A stretch of 64,000 nt of DNA from Candidatus Eiseniibacteriota bacterium (GCA_963724515.1 CAVRUU010000003.1:386724-450723), one strand, 5' to 3'; counted from the first letter of the stretch, positions 35,423-47,372 are shown. A program made the numbers and translations. Notes: generated by a model from the letters alone, not told the origin.

Positions 35423-36100
35423 CTAAACGGATACCTTTCGGGGCTTCATGAGGAGGATGAGGACCATCCCGGCGAGGAACCCCCCGATGTGGGCCCACCA
35501 GGCAACGCCTCCCCGCATCGGGCTCACGGCCTCGATCGAGCCGCTCAGGATCTGGAGTATGAACCAGAACCCGAGGAGAATGATCGCGGGCAGCTCGATG
35601 ATCTGCAAGAAAAAGAATATGGGCACGAGGGTGAGCACGCGCGCGCCCGGGAAGAGGACGGCATAGGCGCCGAGGACGCCCGCGATCGCGCCGCTCGCGC
35701 CGAGCACGGGCAGGGTCGACCCGGGCTGGATCACGAAGTGCGTGAGCGCCGCGCCGAAACCGCAGAGAAAGTAGAAGAGGATGTATCGGATCGGGCCCAG
35801 CGTGTCCTCCACGTTGTCGCCGAAGATCCAGAGGAACCACATGTTCGAGATCAGGTGGAGCCACCCGCCGTGGAGGAACATCGACGTGAAAAAGGGAGCC
35901 ACCGTGTCGGAGAGGTTCACCGTGCCGTAGCGGAAGCTTCCGGTGACCTCGGCCGGAATCAGGGCGTAGCGCTTCAGGAACGAGGCCGTCGCGGGCCCGA
36001 GCTGGACTTCGTAGATGAAGACGAAGACGTTGACCAGAATCAGCGCGAGCGTGACGAACGGGAAACTGCCCGATGGATTTCGATCGCGAAGCGGAAACAT
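35423..36100 (-). CDS. Rhomboid family intramembrane serine protease
   Basis: 225 aa, 6 TM. Contains HLISNMWFLWIFG, catalytic GASGAIAG and AHIGGFLAG. Confidence 0.9.
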   Translation of the reverse strand: MFPLRDRNPSGSFPFVTLALILVNVFVFIYEVQLGPATASFLKRYALIPAEVTGSFRYGTVNLSDTVAPFFTSMFLHGGWLHLISNMWFLWIFGDNVEDTLGPIRYILFYFLCGFGAALTHFVIQPGSTLPVLGASGAIAGVLGAYAVLFPGARVLTLVPIFFFLQIIELPAIILLGFWFILQILSGSIEAVSPMRGGVAWWAHIGGFLAGMVLILLMKPRKVSV

Positions 36101-36161
36101 GGCAGGGAGCCTAGAGAGACGGCGGGTCCTTTGGCGAGCGAAATCCGCTATCCTGCCGTCG

Positions 36162-37277
36162 ATGCCACGCGCAGCCGCACGTCCGGCTTCCGTCTCCCCC
36201 GCCTTCGAGCCGCTTCGCGACTATCTGGAAGCGCGCGCCGAGGAGGGGCTCGTGCCGGGCGCGGTCGTCGCGATCGGACGAGGCGGCGGCCCCGTGCATC
36301 GATCGGCGGTGGGCCGGCGCGCGCTCGCGCCGCGCGCCGAGCCGATGGCCCTTCGCACGATCTTCGATCTCGCCTCCCTCACGAAGCCCATGGTGACGGC
36401 GCCCCTGTTGCTGGAGCTCGCCTCGGCTGGGAAGCTGGGCCTCGACGATCCCGTGGAGCGCCACTTGGAGGAGCTGCGCGGAAGCGGGACGGGTGCGATC
36501 CCCTTGAGGTCGCTCCTCACGCACACGAGCGGGCTGCCCGCGATGAACCCGCTCGCCGATTACCGGGGCGGGAAGCCGAGGCTCATCGCGGCGCTCGCGA
36601 AGGAGCCGCTCGACGCCAGGCCCGGGGAGCGCTTCATCTATAGCGATGTCGGATACATGCTCGTGCAGTGTGTGGTCGAGAGGGTGACACGCAAGAGACT
36701 CGACCGCGTGGCGAGCGAGCGGATCTTCGCGCCGCTCCGCTTCCGCGACACCCGATTCGGCACGCGGGTCAAGGACCGCTCGCGCGTGGCGCCCACGGAG
36801 CGCGAGCAGGGGAATCGCGGACCGTGGCTTCGCGGCCGCGTGCACGATCCACGCGCGAGGTCGCGCGCCATGGCCGGCGTCGCCGGGAACGCGGGCGTGT
36901 TCGGGACGGCCGAGGAAACGGGGCGCTTCTGCGAGATGCTCCTGCGAGGAGGCGTGTCGGGTGGCGGGAGCGGCCGCCGGGTTCTGGCGGCGGACACGGT
37001 GAGGCTGATGACGACGAACCAGCTTCCCGCCTCGCTCGGCGTGCGGCGGGGATTCGGCTTCGACATCGAGAGCCCGTACGACTCGCCGCGCGGCTCGCTC
37101 TTCTCGAGCGAGTCCTACGGACACTCCGGGTACACGGGTACGTCGATCTGGATCGATCCCAGGAACGACGCGTACTTCGTGCTTCTCACGAACTCGCTAC
37201 ACGCCGGCGGCCACAAAGATCTGAAAGCGTTCCGCTCGCAAGCGGCGACGCTCGCGGCGCGAGGGCTGGGGCTCTAG
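36162..37277 (+). CDS. Serine hydrolase, class C beta-lactamase/PBP-like family
   Basis: Track ORF 36015..37277. I prefer Met 50. SxxK motif ASLTKP and YxN-like YSDVGY. The start is uncertain (alternative at 36099). Confidence 0.82.
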   Translation: MPRAAARPASVSPAFEPLRDYLEARAEEGLVPGAVVAIGRGGGPVHRSAVGRRALAPRAEPMALRTIFDLASLTKPMVTAPLLLELASAGKLGLDDPVERHLEELRGSGTGAIPLRSLLTHTSGLPAMNPLADYRGGKPRLIAALAKEPLDARPGERFIYSDVGYMLVQCVVERVTRKRLDRVASERIFAPLRFRDTRFGTRVKDRSRVAPTEREQGNRGPWLRGRVHDPRARSRAMAGVAGNAGVFGTAEETGRFCEMLLRGGVSGGGSGRRVLAADTVRLMTTNQLPASLGVRRGFGFDIESPYDSPRGSLFSSESYGHSGYTGTSIWIDPRNDAYFVLLTNSLHAGGHKDLKAFRSQAATLAARGLGL

Positions 37278-37846
37278 TACGTGTACTTCGGGTGCCAGTC
37301 TCCGGCGCCATCATGTAAAAGGGCGAGCAGATGCCACACGCCGCAGAAGGGATCGCCCGGCCCGAACGGCGCCTTGGCGATGCGCGTGATCTTTCCCTTC
37401 TCGAGACGGAACGTCGACACGCCGGGCATCCAGCCCTTCTCACCCTTGAATCCCATGTCCTCGATGAAGCTCGAGCCCTGGCCTGTGGCCATGCGGAATT
37501 TCCAGCCGCGGCTCTCGGCGAATTCCCGCTGAATCTCGAGGGGGTCGGGCGAGACAACCACGAAACCGGCGCGGTTCTCGAGATGCTGGTGCACGCCGTT
37601 GAAGCCGTCCGCCCAGAGCGTGCAGTACGTGCAGCCCCTGCCCATGTTGTGGATCACGATCAGGTCGGGCTTTCCGCTGAAGAGCTCGGAGAGCTTCACG
37701 GGGCCCTTCTGCGTCTGCAGCGTGTAGTCCTGGATCGCTTCGGGGGGAAGCTCGCGCTTCATCTCGGCGAGCCGTTCCTGCTTCTCGACGAGATCCTGCT
37801 CCAGCAGCTCGATCTCGCGGATCCGTTCCTCGGTCGCGGTTGCCAT
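37274..37846 (-). CDS. DUF899 thioredoxin-like family protein
   Basis: 190 aa. N-terminal coiled segment, then LIVIHNMGRGCTYCTLWADGFNG, which is typical of DUF899. Confidence 0.8.
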   Translation of the reverse strand: MATATEERIREIELLEQDLVEKQERLAEMKRELPPEAIQDYTLQTQKGPVKLSELFSGKPDLIVIHNMGRGCTYCTLWADGFNGVHQHLENRAGFVVVSPDPLEIQREFAESRGWKFRMATGQGSSFIEDMGFKGEKGWMPGVSTFRLEKGKITRIAKAPFGPGDPFCGVWHLLALLHDGAGDWHPKYTY

Positions 37847-37945
37847 GACGCCTCCTTCGCTTCGTATCCGGGCGAGCGAGATCCCGGCCGTTCTCGGACT
37901 CGAAGGAATGAGTCTAGACCCGCGGCGCGTGGGGCGACAGTCGAA

Positions 37946-39339
37946 TCAGAACTGGGCTTTTTCGGTCGATCCCTGGAGCGCCACGGTCGAGGCCGCGCCG
38001 CCGGTGATCGTCTGGATCACCTGGTCGAAGTATCCCGTACCGACTTCGCGCTGGTGGCGCGTGGCGGAGTAGCCGTGCGCTTCCGAGGCGAATTCGGCCT
38101 CCTGCAGCTCGGAATAGGCGGCCATGCCCCGCTCGCGGTACGCGCGGGCCAGCTCGAACATGCTGTGGTTCAGGGCGTGGAAACCGGCAAGCGTCACGAA
38201 CTGGAACTTGTATCCCATCGCCGCCAGCTCCCGCTGGAACTTCGCGATCGTCGCCTGGTCGAGCTTCGCCTTCCAGTTGAACGAGGGAGAGCAGTTGTAG
38301 GCGAGCATCTTCCCCGGGAACCGTGCGTGCACGCCCTCGGCGAATTCGCGCGCCTCATCGAGATCGGGGGTCGAGGTTTCGCACCAGAGGAGATCGGCGT
38401 AGGGAGCGTAGGCAAGAGCGCGCGCGATCGCGCAGGGAAGGCCGCCCGTGATGCGGAAGAAGCCTTCGGGCGTGCGCTGGCCGGTCAGGAACTCGCGGTC
38501 GCGCTCGTCCACGTCGCTGGTCAGGAGCTTCGCGCTGTCGGCGTCGGTCCGCGCGACGATGATCGTCGGAACATCCATCACGTCGGCCGCGAGCCGCGCG
38601 GCGACGAGCGTACGGATGAAGGCGCCGGTCGGGATGAGCACCTTCCCGCCCAGGTGGCCGCACTTCTTCTCCGAGGAGAGCTGGTCCTCGAAGTGGACCC
38701 CGGCCGCGCCCGCCTCGATCATGCCCTTCATCAGCTCGAAGGCGTTGAGCGGTCCCCCGAAGCCCGCCTCGGCGTCGGCGAGGATCGGCGCCAGCCAACG
38801 GCGCTCCGCGTCACCGTTCTGCTTGCCGTTCGTTCCCCGCCCCATCGCTTCCGCGTGCTCGATCTGGTCCGCGCGGAGGAGCGCCTGGTTGATGCGTCGC
38901 ACGACGCTCGGGACGCTGTTCGCGGGATAGAGGCTCTGGTCGGGATAGGTCTGCCCCGAGAGGTTCGCGTCGGCCGCCACCTGCCAGCCGCTGAGATAGA
39001 TCGCCTGGAGCCCGGCCTTTACTTGCTGCACTGCCTGGTTCCCCGTGACGGCGCCCAGGGCCGCCACGTAGTCCTGCCTCGTCATCAGTTCCCACAGGCG
39101 CATCGCGCCCATCCGCGCGAGGGTATGCTCCACCCGAACGGTTCCGCGGAGCCGCGCGACGTCCTCGTCGGAATAGGGGCGCACGATCCCCTCCCAACGG
39201 CCGGCGGCCGGAACGGGTTTCGGCGCATGGCCGTTCATGTTTCCGTTCGTGTGAGCGGGTACCTTCTTCACCGTGTGTCGGCCTTCGCGCGTTGTCGGCA
39301 TGCGAGCTTCTCCTCTGGCTGGGGCACTCTGTTTGGTGT

Positions 39340-39343
<4 letters not shown>
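37946..39343 (-). CDS. aceA: Isocitrate lyase
   Basis: 465 aa. Signature KKCGHLGGK. It has a ~35-aa N-terminal extension relative to typical ICL. The ATG overlaps the aceB stop (ATGA). Confidence 0.93.
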
Positions 39344-40983
<1,640 letters not shown>

Positions 40984-40989
40984 GAGACA

Positions 40990-41018
40990 ATATTAACAAC
41001 CAACTCAGTACATGGCAA
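40990..41018 (-). promoter_or_regulatory. Sigma-70-like promoter for aceBA (TTGCCA-17 nt-TAATAT)
   Basis: Read on the minus strand inside the AT-rich 118-bp intergenic region. The -10 box ends only ~6 nt before the GTG at 40983. Hand-indexed. Confidence 0.4.
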
Positions 41019-41047
41019 TAACTATTTGATAAATAATCGGTTAACAT

Positions 41048-41061
41048 GACAATGAATTGTC
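41048..41061. promoter_or_regulatory. Perfect palindrome GACAAT-GA-ATTGTC, candidate operator; further ACAAT/ATTGT copies lie nearby
   Basis: Seen directly between the two divergent promoter candidates. Related half-sites occur at GACAATATT (~40986), GGCAATAAC (~41014) and CAATCATTG (~41061). Confidence 0.4.
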
Positions 41062-41066
41062 AATCA

Positions 41067-41095
41067 TTGTTGTAAAAAGTGAAATCTGGTAAAAT
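41067..41095 (+). promoter_or_regulatory. Sigma-70-like promoter for the RamB-like regulator (TTGTTG-17 nt-TAAAAT, TG-extended -10)
   Basis: Seen directly. The -10 box ends 6 nt before the GTG at 41102, which conflicts with use of the GGAGG at 41096-41100 as a ribosome-binding site. Hand-indexed. Confidence 0.35.
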
Positions 41096-41101
41096 GGAGG
41101 C

Positions 41102-42538
41102 GTGAAACCGATCCGGCACCTGGGCAAGCGCATACGGGCGTTGCGCCTGCGTGATGGAATGTCGCAGACCGCGATGGCCGAGCGGCTCGGCGTTTCCGTG
41201 AGCTACCTCAATCTGGTCGAGCACGATCGCCGACCCCTCAGCGCGAATCTCCTGATCCGCCTCGCCCAGTTCACCGACCTCGACGTGAAATCCTTCGCCG
41301 AAGGCGAGGACACCAAGCTCGCCGCCGTTCTCATGGAGGTTTTCGGGGATCCCGTCTTCGAAGGCAACATCCCCTCGGAGGCGGAGACCCGTGAGTTCGT
41401 GGCCGCGAACCCCGAGATCGCCCGCGCGGTTGCCCACCTCCATCACGCGTTCATCGAGACGCGAGGCTCGGCGGCGACGCTCGCGGCCCAGGTTCTCGAC
41501 AGACAGGACTTGACCGGGATCGACCGGGGCGGACTGGCGTCGGAGCAGGTCACGGACTTGATCCAGCGCCACCGAAACCATTTCCCCGAGCTCGAGGCGG
41601 AGGCGGAGCGGCTCTGGAAGGACGCGAAGCTCGAGGGGGAAGATGCCTTCGGCTCCCTGGCCGGGTATCTCGAAAGGAAGCACAGGGTCCACGTGCAGGT
41701 GCTCAAGGTCGGCGAGATGGGCTCGGCGGTGCGCAACTTCAATCCGGAGCGCCGGGTGCTTCAGATCTCCGAGGGGCTCCGCCGCGGCTCGAGGAATTTC
41801 CAGCTCGCCTACCAGATCGGGCTGCTCGACTGCTCGGAGGTGATCGACCGCATCGCGCGCGAGCTCACGTCCGACGAAGCGCGCTCTCTCTGTCGCATCA
41901 CGCTCGCGAACTACTTCTCCGGGGCGGTGCTCATGCCCTACGAGGAGTTCCTGCGCGCGGCCCAGGAGGAGCGCTACGACCTGGATCTCCTGCAACACCG
42001 CTTCCGCGTGAACTACGAGCAGGTCTGCCACCGCCTCACGTCGCTGCAGCGGAAGGGCGCCGAGGGGGTTCCCTTTCACATGGTGCGGATCGACATCGCG
42101 GGGAACATCTCGAAGAAGTTCAGCGCCACCGGCGTCAACTTCCCGCGCTTCGGCGGATTGTGCCCGCTCTGGAACGTGCACGCCTCGTTCCTGAGCCCCA
42201 ACGTCATCCGCGTCCAGATCGCGCGCCTCCCCGACGGGCGGACGTTCTTCTCCGTGGGGCGCACGATCCGGAAGCACCGGGGAGGGTTCCACGCGCCCGA
42301 GATCCTCTACGCGATCGAGCTGGGGTGCGACATCGAGTCGGCCCGCCACCTCGTCTACGCGGACGGGATGGACCTCTCGAATCCCGGCGGCGTCGTCCCG
42401 GTGGGAATCACCTGCCGCCTCTGCGAGCGGCTCGACTGTGGAGCGCGGGCGTTCCCCTCGATGCACAACCCGCTCAGGATCGACGAGAACGTGCGAGGGA
42501 TCTCCTTCTTCGCCCCCGCGCGAAAGGAGCCTTCATGA
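41102..42538 (+). CDS. XRE-family HTH regulator with ImmA/IrrE-like peptidase and DUF2083-type C-terminal domain (RamB/short-chain acyl-CoA regulator type)
   Basis: 478 aa. HTH segment LGKRIRALRLRDGMSQTAMAERLGVSVSYLNLVEHDRRPLS and a long C-terminal domain with the cysteine cluster CRLCERLDC. It is divergent from aceBA, as ramB is in actinobacteria. Confidence 0.8.
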   Translation: MKPIRHLGKRIRALRLRDGMSQTAMAERLGVSVSYLNLVEHDRRPLSANLLIRLAQFTDLDVKSFAEGEDTKLAAVLMEVFGDPVFEGNIPSEAETREFVAANPEIARAVAHLHHAFIETRGSAATLAAQVLDRQDLTGIDRGGLASEQVTDLIQRHRNHFPELEAEAERLWKDAKLEGEDAFGSLAGYLERKHRVHVQVLKVGEMGSAVRNFNPERRVLQISEGLRRGSRNFQLAYQIGLLDCSEVIDRIARELTSDEARSLCRITLANYFSGAVLMPYEEFLRAAQEERYDLDLLQHRFRVNYEQVCHRLTSLQRKGAEGVPFHMVRIDIAGNISKKFSATGVNFPRFGGLCPLWNVHASFLSPNVIRVQIARLPDGRTFFSVGRTIRKHRGGFHAPEILYAIELGCDIESARHLVYADGMDLSNPGGVVPVGITCRLCERLDCGARAFPSMHNPLRIDENVRGISFFAPARKEPS

Positions 42539-43548
42539 GAGCACCGACCGCAGGGGTCCTGCTCGCGGTGGCCCTCGCGCTGGTTCCCGCTCCCTCGCCG
42601 CCGCTGCGCTCGACGCCCGACCACGCGGTTCCAGCTCCACGCCTCGCTCCCGCCGCTCCCGATCCCGCCTTCGGCGCCTACTGGCACGACGGGAAGGCCG
42701 AGCTCGACGGCTACCGCTACACGGTGATCCGTTACGGTCAGCGGCGCCGGGGACAGTGCGTGGCGGTCTACGTCACCGAACCATTCAGCCGCACGAAGCG
42801 CGTCAAGGTCGACGACGCATCCAAGAAGCCCGAGGACACCTTCGACGTCTTGAAGCTGAACCTCGTGCGCGACTTTCAGACCGGGATCTACGACTACAAC
42901 ACGATGACCTCGCTCTTCGTGAGGAGCGAGGACTTCGAGCCGGTCAAGGTCTCCTTCGCGAGCACCGAGTGGTGTGGGAACGTGTACGAAGAGCTTCTCA
43001 TCAACCCCGGACGCGTGAGCCAGCGGCTCTCGAGCTACTTCGAGGACGAGTCCGCGGCGCGGGAAGAGCGGCGCCCGAAGGGCGGCTTGTTGGAAGAGGA
43101 GCTGTTCGTGAAGCTGCGCGGGCTCCGCGGGGACTACCTGCCCGCGGGCGCGAGCCGGACCGTTCCCTTCCTGCCAGGCGCCTTCCGAAGAAGGCTGACG
43201 CACCGCCCGCTCGGCTGGACCGAGGCGCGCATCGAGCGTCTTGCTGCGCCCCGAACGGTCTCGGTCCCGGCCGGCGCGTTCCGGACGACGGTCTACACGG
43301 TGAGCACAGGGAACGGGCACGAAGGTGTTTTTTTCATCGAGGCGGCCTATCCACATCGAATCGTCCGGTGGGAATGGAAGCAAGCGCCGCGGCAGAAGGG
43401 TGGAGCGGGCGGCCCACTTGCCTTGCGAGCGGAAGGCAACGACTCCGGCGAGCTGACGGGATCGGCGCGGCTGCGCTACTGGGAGCTCCACCGCGAGGGA
43501 GACGATCGGTACCTCGCGCGGCTGGGACTCAAGCCGACGGCGCGCTAG
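42535..43548 (+). CDS. Hypothetical secreted protein, translationally coupled to the regulator
   Basis: Track ORF 42160..43548, trimmed to Met 126 (MRAPTAGVLLAVALALVPAPSPP, a signal peptide). ATGA overlap with the regulator stop. I do not recognise a family. Confidence 0.6.
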   Translation: MRAPTAGVLLAVALALVPAPSPPLRSTPDHAVPAPRLAPAAPDPAFGAYWHDGKAELDGYRYTVIRYGQRRRGQCVAVYVTEPFSRTKRVKVDDASKKPEDTFDVLKLNLVRDFQTGIYDYNTMTSLFVRSEDFEPVKVSFASTEWCGNVYEELLINPGRVSQRLSSYFEDESAAREERRPKGGLLEEELFVKLRGLRGDYLPAGASRTVPFLPGAFRRRLTHRPLGWTEARIERLAAPRTVSVPAGAFRTTVYTVSTGNGHEGVFFIEAAYPHRIVRWEWKQAPRQKGGAGGPLALRAEGNDSGELTGSARLRYWELHREGDDRYLARLGLKPTAR

Positions 43549-43558
43549 GCGCGCTAGG

Positions 43559-45328
43559 CTACTGCGTCGGCGCCGTGCGATCCACGACGACGGCGCCACC
43601 CTTCATGACCCACTTCACGCCCCCGATCACAGCCCCGATATCCGTCGCGGGATCTCCCTCCACCGCGACCAGGTCCGCGTAGTACCCGGGGGCCACGGCG
43701 CCCAGGTCTCTCTCCATGCCGAGCAACGCGGCGGCGTTTCCCGTCGCGGTCGCGAGCGCCTGCGCGGGAGTCATTCCCGCCTTCACGAACCAGCCCAGCT
43801 CGCGGGTGTTCTCCCCGAACATCGTGAACACGGCGTCAGATCCCATCGCGATCGGCACGTGGGCCTTGATGGCCCTCCGCAGCGTCTCGAAGTTACGGGC
43901 GCGGTAGGCGTCGAGATGCGCCACGGCGGAGTCGCCGTAGCCGAATTCGGCCGCGTGCTCGGCGTAGTAGCGGTTGTGATCGATCGTCGGCACGTAGTAC
44001 ACGCCGCGCTTCGCCATCTCGCGCATGGTCCCGTCGTCCATGTCGATCGCGTGCTCCACGGAATTCGCGCCCGCCCGGACCGCGTCCCGCGCGCCATCGG
44101 GCCCGTACGAGTGGATCGCGACGCGCTTGCCGCGCTGGTGAGCGACTTCGGCGGCGGCCTTCATCTCCTCGAACGAATAGGTCTGGTAGCCGGTCACATC
44201 GTCGGCGCTGCCGGTCGATCCGTACACCTTGATGACGTCGGCGCCCGCCGAGAGCTGCTGTCTCGCCGCGCGCAGCACCTGCTCCACCCCGTCGGCGAGC
44301 CCCCCCGACGGGGGCTGGGGCGCGTCCCGGTAGGGGGTGATCGTGGGATAGAGCCCGTAGCCCGCGACGAACATGCGCGGTCCGACCATGGCTCCCCGGT
44401 TGATCAGGTCGCGCATTGCGATGTCCATGTACTGGAAGGAGCCCAGGTCCCGCACCGTGGTCACGCCGGTCTCGAGCGTCTTCCTCGCGTTCTCCTCGGC
44501 GAGATACATCGTCTGCATCGGGGGCCGCGCATCCAGCTGCTGCCAGGGGCGCGAGCCCGGCGCGCGATCCCACCAGTAGGACATGTGGGTGTGCACGTCG
44601 ATCAGCCCGGGGATTCCGGTCAGGCGGGTGAGATCGTGGCGCTCGGCGTCGTCGGGTATCCGCGATTTCGAGAACTCGCCGACCGAGACGATGCGATCGC
44701 CGTCGACCAGGACGAGAGCGTCCGGAATCGTGCGCCCCTTGCCGTCGACGAGCTTTCCGAAGTGGATCGCCTTGACGCGGGCGCCGTGCTCCGTCTCCGC
44801 GCGGCGCGACGGCGGGCTCGCGGGCATTCCCGGAGCGGAACCGCGGGGCACGCCGATGTCGCGCCACATCTTCCAGGCGCCCGCGGCGTCGCGCTTCCAG
44901 ATCTCGATGTAGCTCCCCGAATCGGGCTCGGAGGTGGTGGATCCGATCGGGCCGATCGTGAAATTCCACGCGCCCGTCTCGTACGCGGTGTCGCCGATCA
45001 GGAAGACGTCCGTGGGAACGATCGTCCCGTCGGTCATCCGGACTTGCTTGAAGACATCGCGCATCCGGGAGCGGATGTTGCCGCGTCCCACGGTGAGGTC
45101 GCCGCCGGGGCGGAGCATCGCCCCGTCCTCGGCGAACAGCGATGCGAAGAGATCCGCGTCGCCGGTCTGCCACGCGCGGATGAAGGCGGCGTTCCCCGCG
45201 TCGATGGCCGCCCGCACCGCGGCGGAATCGGCCGGCGCTCCCCGCGCCGGCGCGGCGACACCCGGGATCGAAGACAAGACCAGACCTAACGCGAGCGCGA
45301 GAAGCCCCGACCAACCTCCGCGCCTCAC
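43559..45328 (-). CDS. Secreted fusion protein: NTF2-like (SnoaL/DUF4440) domain plus amidohydrolase (metal-dependent hydrolase) domain
   Basis: C-terminal 589 aa of track ORF 43559..46030, from the in-frame GTG at 45328, which overlaps the acs stop (GTGA). Signal peptide, then [32 protein letters not shown]...GAWKMWRDI (NTF2-like). This is followed by GLIDVHTHM..., an amidohydrolase TIM-barrel. Confidence 0.75.
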   Translation of the reverse strand: MRRGGWSGLLALALGLVLSSIPGVAAPARGAPADSAAVRAAIDAGNAAFIRAWQTGDADLFASLFAEDGAMLRPGGDLTVGRGNIRSRMRDVFKQVRMTDGTIVPTDVFLIGDTAYETGAWNFTIGPIGSTTSEPDSGSYIEIWKRDAAGAWKMWRDIGVPRGSAPGMPASPPSRRAETEHGARVKAIHFGKLVDGKGRTIPDALVLVDGDRIVSVGEFSKSRIPDDAERHDLTRLTGIPGLIDVHTHMSYWWDRAPGSRPWQQLDARPPMQTMYLAEENARKTLETGVTTVRDLGSFQYMDIAMRDLINRGAMVGPRMFVAGYGLYPTITPYRDAPQPPSGGLADGVEQVLRAARQQLSAGADVIKVYGSTGSADDVTGYQTYSFEEMKAAAEVAHQRGKRVAIHSYGPDGARDAVRAGANSVEHAIDMDDGTMREMAKRGVYYVPTIDHNRYYAEHAAEFGYGDSAVAHLDAYRARNFETLRRAIKAHVPIAMGSDAVFTMFGENTRELGWFVKAGMTPAQALATATGNAAALLGMERDLGAVAPGYYADLVAVEGDPATDIGAVIGGVKWVMKGGAVVVDRTAPTQ

Positions 45329-47282
45329 GACTCCTGCTCTTCGTACTTGACCTTGAGCCGCGCGATCACGGCCGGATCGGCGAGCGTGGTCGTGTCGCCG
45401 ACCGCCTTCCCATCGGCGATGTCGCGGAGCAGGCGACGCATGATCTTCCCGGAGCGGGTCTTCGGAAGATCCGCGGTGAAGAGGATCTCGTCGGGGCGCG
45501 CGATCCTCCCGATCTTCTTCACGACGTGCTCCTTCAGCTCCTCCATGAGCTCGGGGCTCGGTTGTCGCCCCTCTTTCACCGTCACGAACGCCGCGATGGC
45601 CGTGCCCTTGAGCTCGTGATGGCGTCCCACGACCGCGGCCTCCGCCACGGCCGGATGGTCCACGAGCGCGCTCTCCACCTCCATGGTGCTGATCCGATGC
45701 CCCGCGACGTTCATGACGTCGTCCACGCGTCCGAGGAGCCAGAGGTACCCGTCCTCGTCGCGCTTCGCGCCGTCCCCCGTGAAGTACACGCCGGGGAAGC
45801 GCGACCAGTACTGCTGGCGGTAGCGCTCGGGGTCGCCGTAGATGCCGCGAAGCATCGCGGGCCAGGGCCGCTTCAGCACGAGGTAGCCGCCCCCCACCGG
45901 CACGGACTCCCCCTTCTCGTTCACGACGTCGGCGACGATCCCGGGGAGCGGTTTCGTCGCCGAGCCGGGCTTCAACGCCGTGATTCCAGGCAGCGGCGAG
46001 ATCAGGATCATGCCGGTCTCGGTCTGCCACCAGGTGTCCACGACCGGGCAGCTCCCTCCCCGATGTTCTCGTGGTACCAGATCCACGCCTCCGGATTGAT
46101 CGGCTCCCCGACCGAGCCGAGGAGTCTGAGCGAGGTGAGCTTGTGTTTCTTGGGCCACTCCGTTCCCCACTTCATGAAGGCCCGGATCGCGGTCGGAGCG
46201 GTGTAGAAGACGGTCACCGCCAGCTCCTCGCAGATCTGCCAGAAGCGGTCCTTGTCCGGCCAGTCGGGCGAGCCCTCGTACATCACGACCGTCGCCCCGT
46301 TCGCGAGCGGGCCGTAGACGACGTACGAGTGCCCGGTGACCCACCCGATGTCGGCGGTGCACCAGAACACGTCCTCTTCCTTGAGATCGAAAACCCACTT
46401 GGTCGTCGCGTAGACGCCGGTGAGATAGCCGCCTGTCGTGTGCACGATCCCCTTGGGCTTTCCCGTCGTCCCGGAGGTGTAGAGCGTGTAGAGCATGTCC
46501 TCGGAATCCATCGGCTCGGGCCAGCAGTGGTCCTCGATCCCGTCCGTGAGCCGGTGCCACCAGTGGTCGCGCCCCTCGCGCATGTGGACCTGAAAATCGC
46601 CCCGCTTCACGACCACCACGTGCTCGATCGTGGGCGTGCCCTGGATCGCCTCGTCGGCGTCCTTCTTGAGCGGCACGATCTGCCCGCGGCGCCAGCCGCC
46701 GTCGGCCGTGATGAGCACCTTGGCCTGCGCGTCGTTGATCCGGTCGCGGAGCGCCTCTGCGCTGAAGCCCCCGAACACGACGCTGTGCACCGCCCCGATC
46801 CGCGCGCACGCGAGCATCGCGATCGGGAGCTCGGGGATCATCGGCATGTAGATCGCGACGCGGTCCCCCTTGGCGACGCCCAGCTTCTTGAGCGCGTTCG
46901 CGAATCGGTTCACTTCTCGATAGAGGTCCCAGTAGGTGAGCGTGCGGCGGTCCCCGGGCTCCCCGACCCAGATCAGGGCCGCCTTGTTCCGTCGCGCTCC
47001 GCGGATGTGCCGGTCGAGGCAGTTGTACGAGGCGTTGAGCTTGCCTCCCAGAAACCACTTCGCGTCCGGGACGTTCCACTCGAGGACGCGGTTCCAGGCC
47101 ACGAACCAGTCCAGCTCGCCCGCGATCTTCGCCCAGAATCCCTCGAAATCGGCCGCGGCCTGCGCGTAGATCGACTCGTCCCGGATGAGGGCCTTGGCTC
47201 GGAACTCGGGGGAAGGAAGAAAGGTGCGTCTCTCGTCGAGGAGCGCATCGATCGCGGCCGCTGCGGGATGTTTCGTGGGCAT
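45325..47282 (-). pseudogene. acs: Acetyl-CoA synthetase interrupted by one frameshift near 46055-46061
   Basis: Track ORF 46008..47282 carries the N-terminal 408 aa ([11 protein letters not shown]...[17 protein letters not shown]). Track ORF 45325..47079, in another frame, carries the rest ([16 protein letters not shown]...[10 protein letters not shown]). The junction sits in a G-run. Confidence 0.88.
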
Positions 47283-47312
47283 CGATGGCTCCCCAGTTGG
47301 ACCAAGACGCAG

Positions 47313-47344
47313 GCGCGCCGCGGAGCCGGAAACCCGCGGCGCGC
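47313..47344 (-). terminator. Perfect 11-bp GC hairpin between the ArsR-like gene and acs (candidate terminator/attenuator)
   Basis: GCGCGCCGCGG-10 nt loop-CCGCGGCGCGC seen directly. No U-tract. Hand-indexed. Confidence 0.35.
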
Positions 47345-47372
47345 GGAGTATACGGACGGCGATGTTACGGAA

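Noticed and set aside
46040-46075. Programmed ribosomal frameshift in acs
   Set aside because: I see no slippery heptamer or obvious downstream stimulatory structure, and Acs is not known to use recoding. A 1-nt indel in a G-run, whether an error or a mutation, is the simpler explanation.
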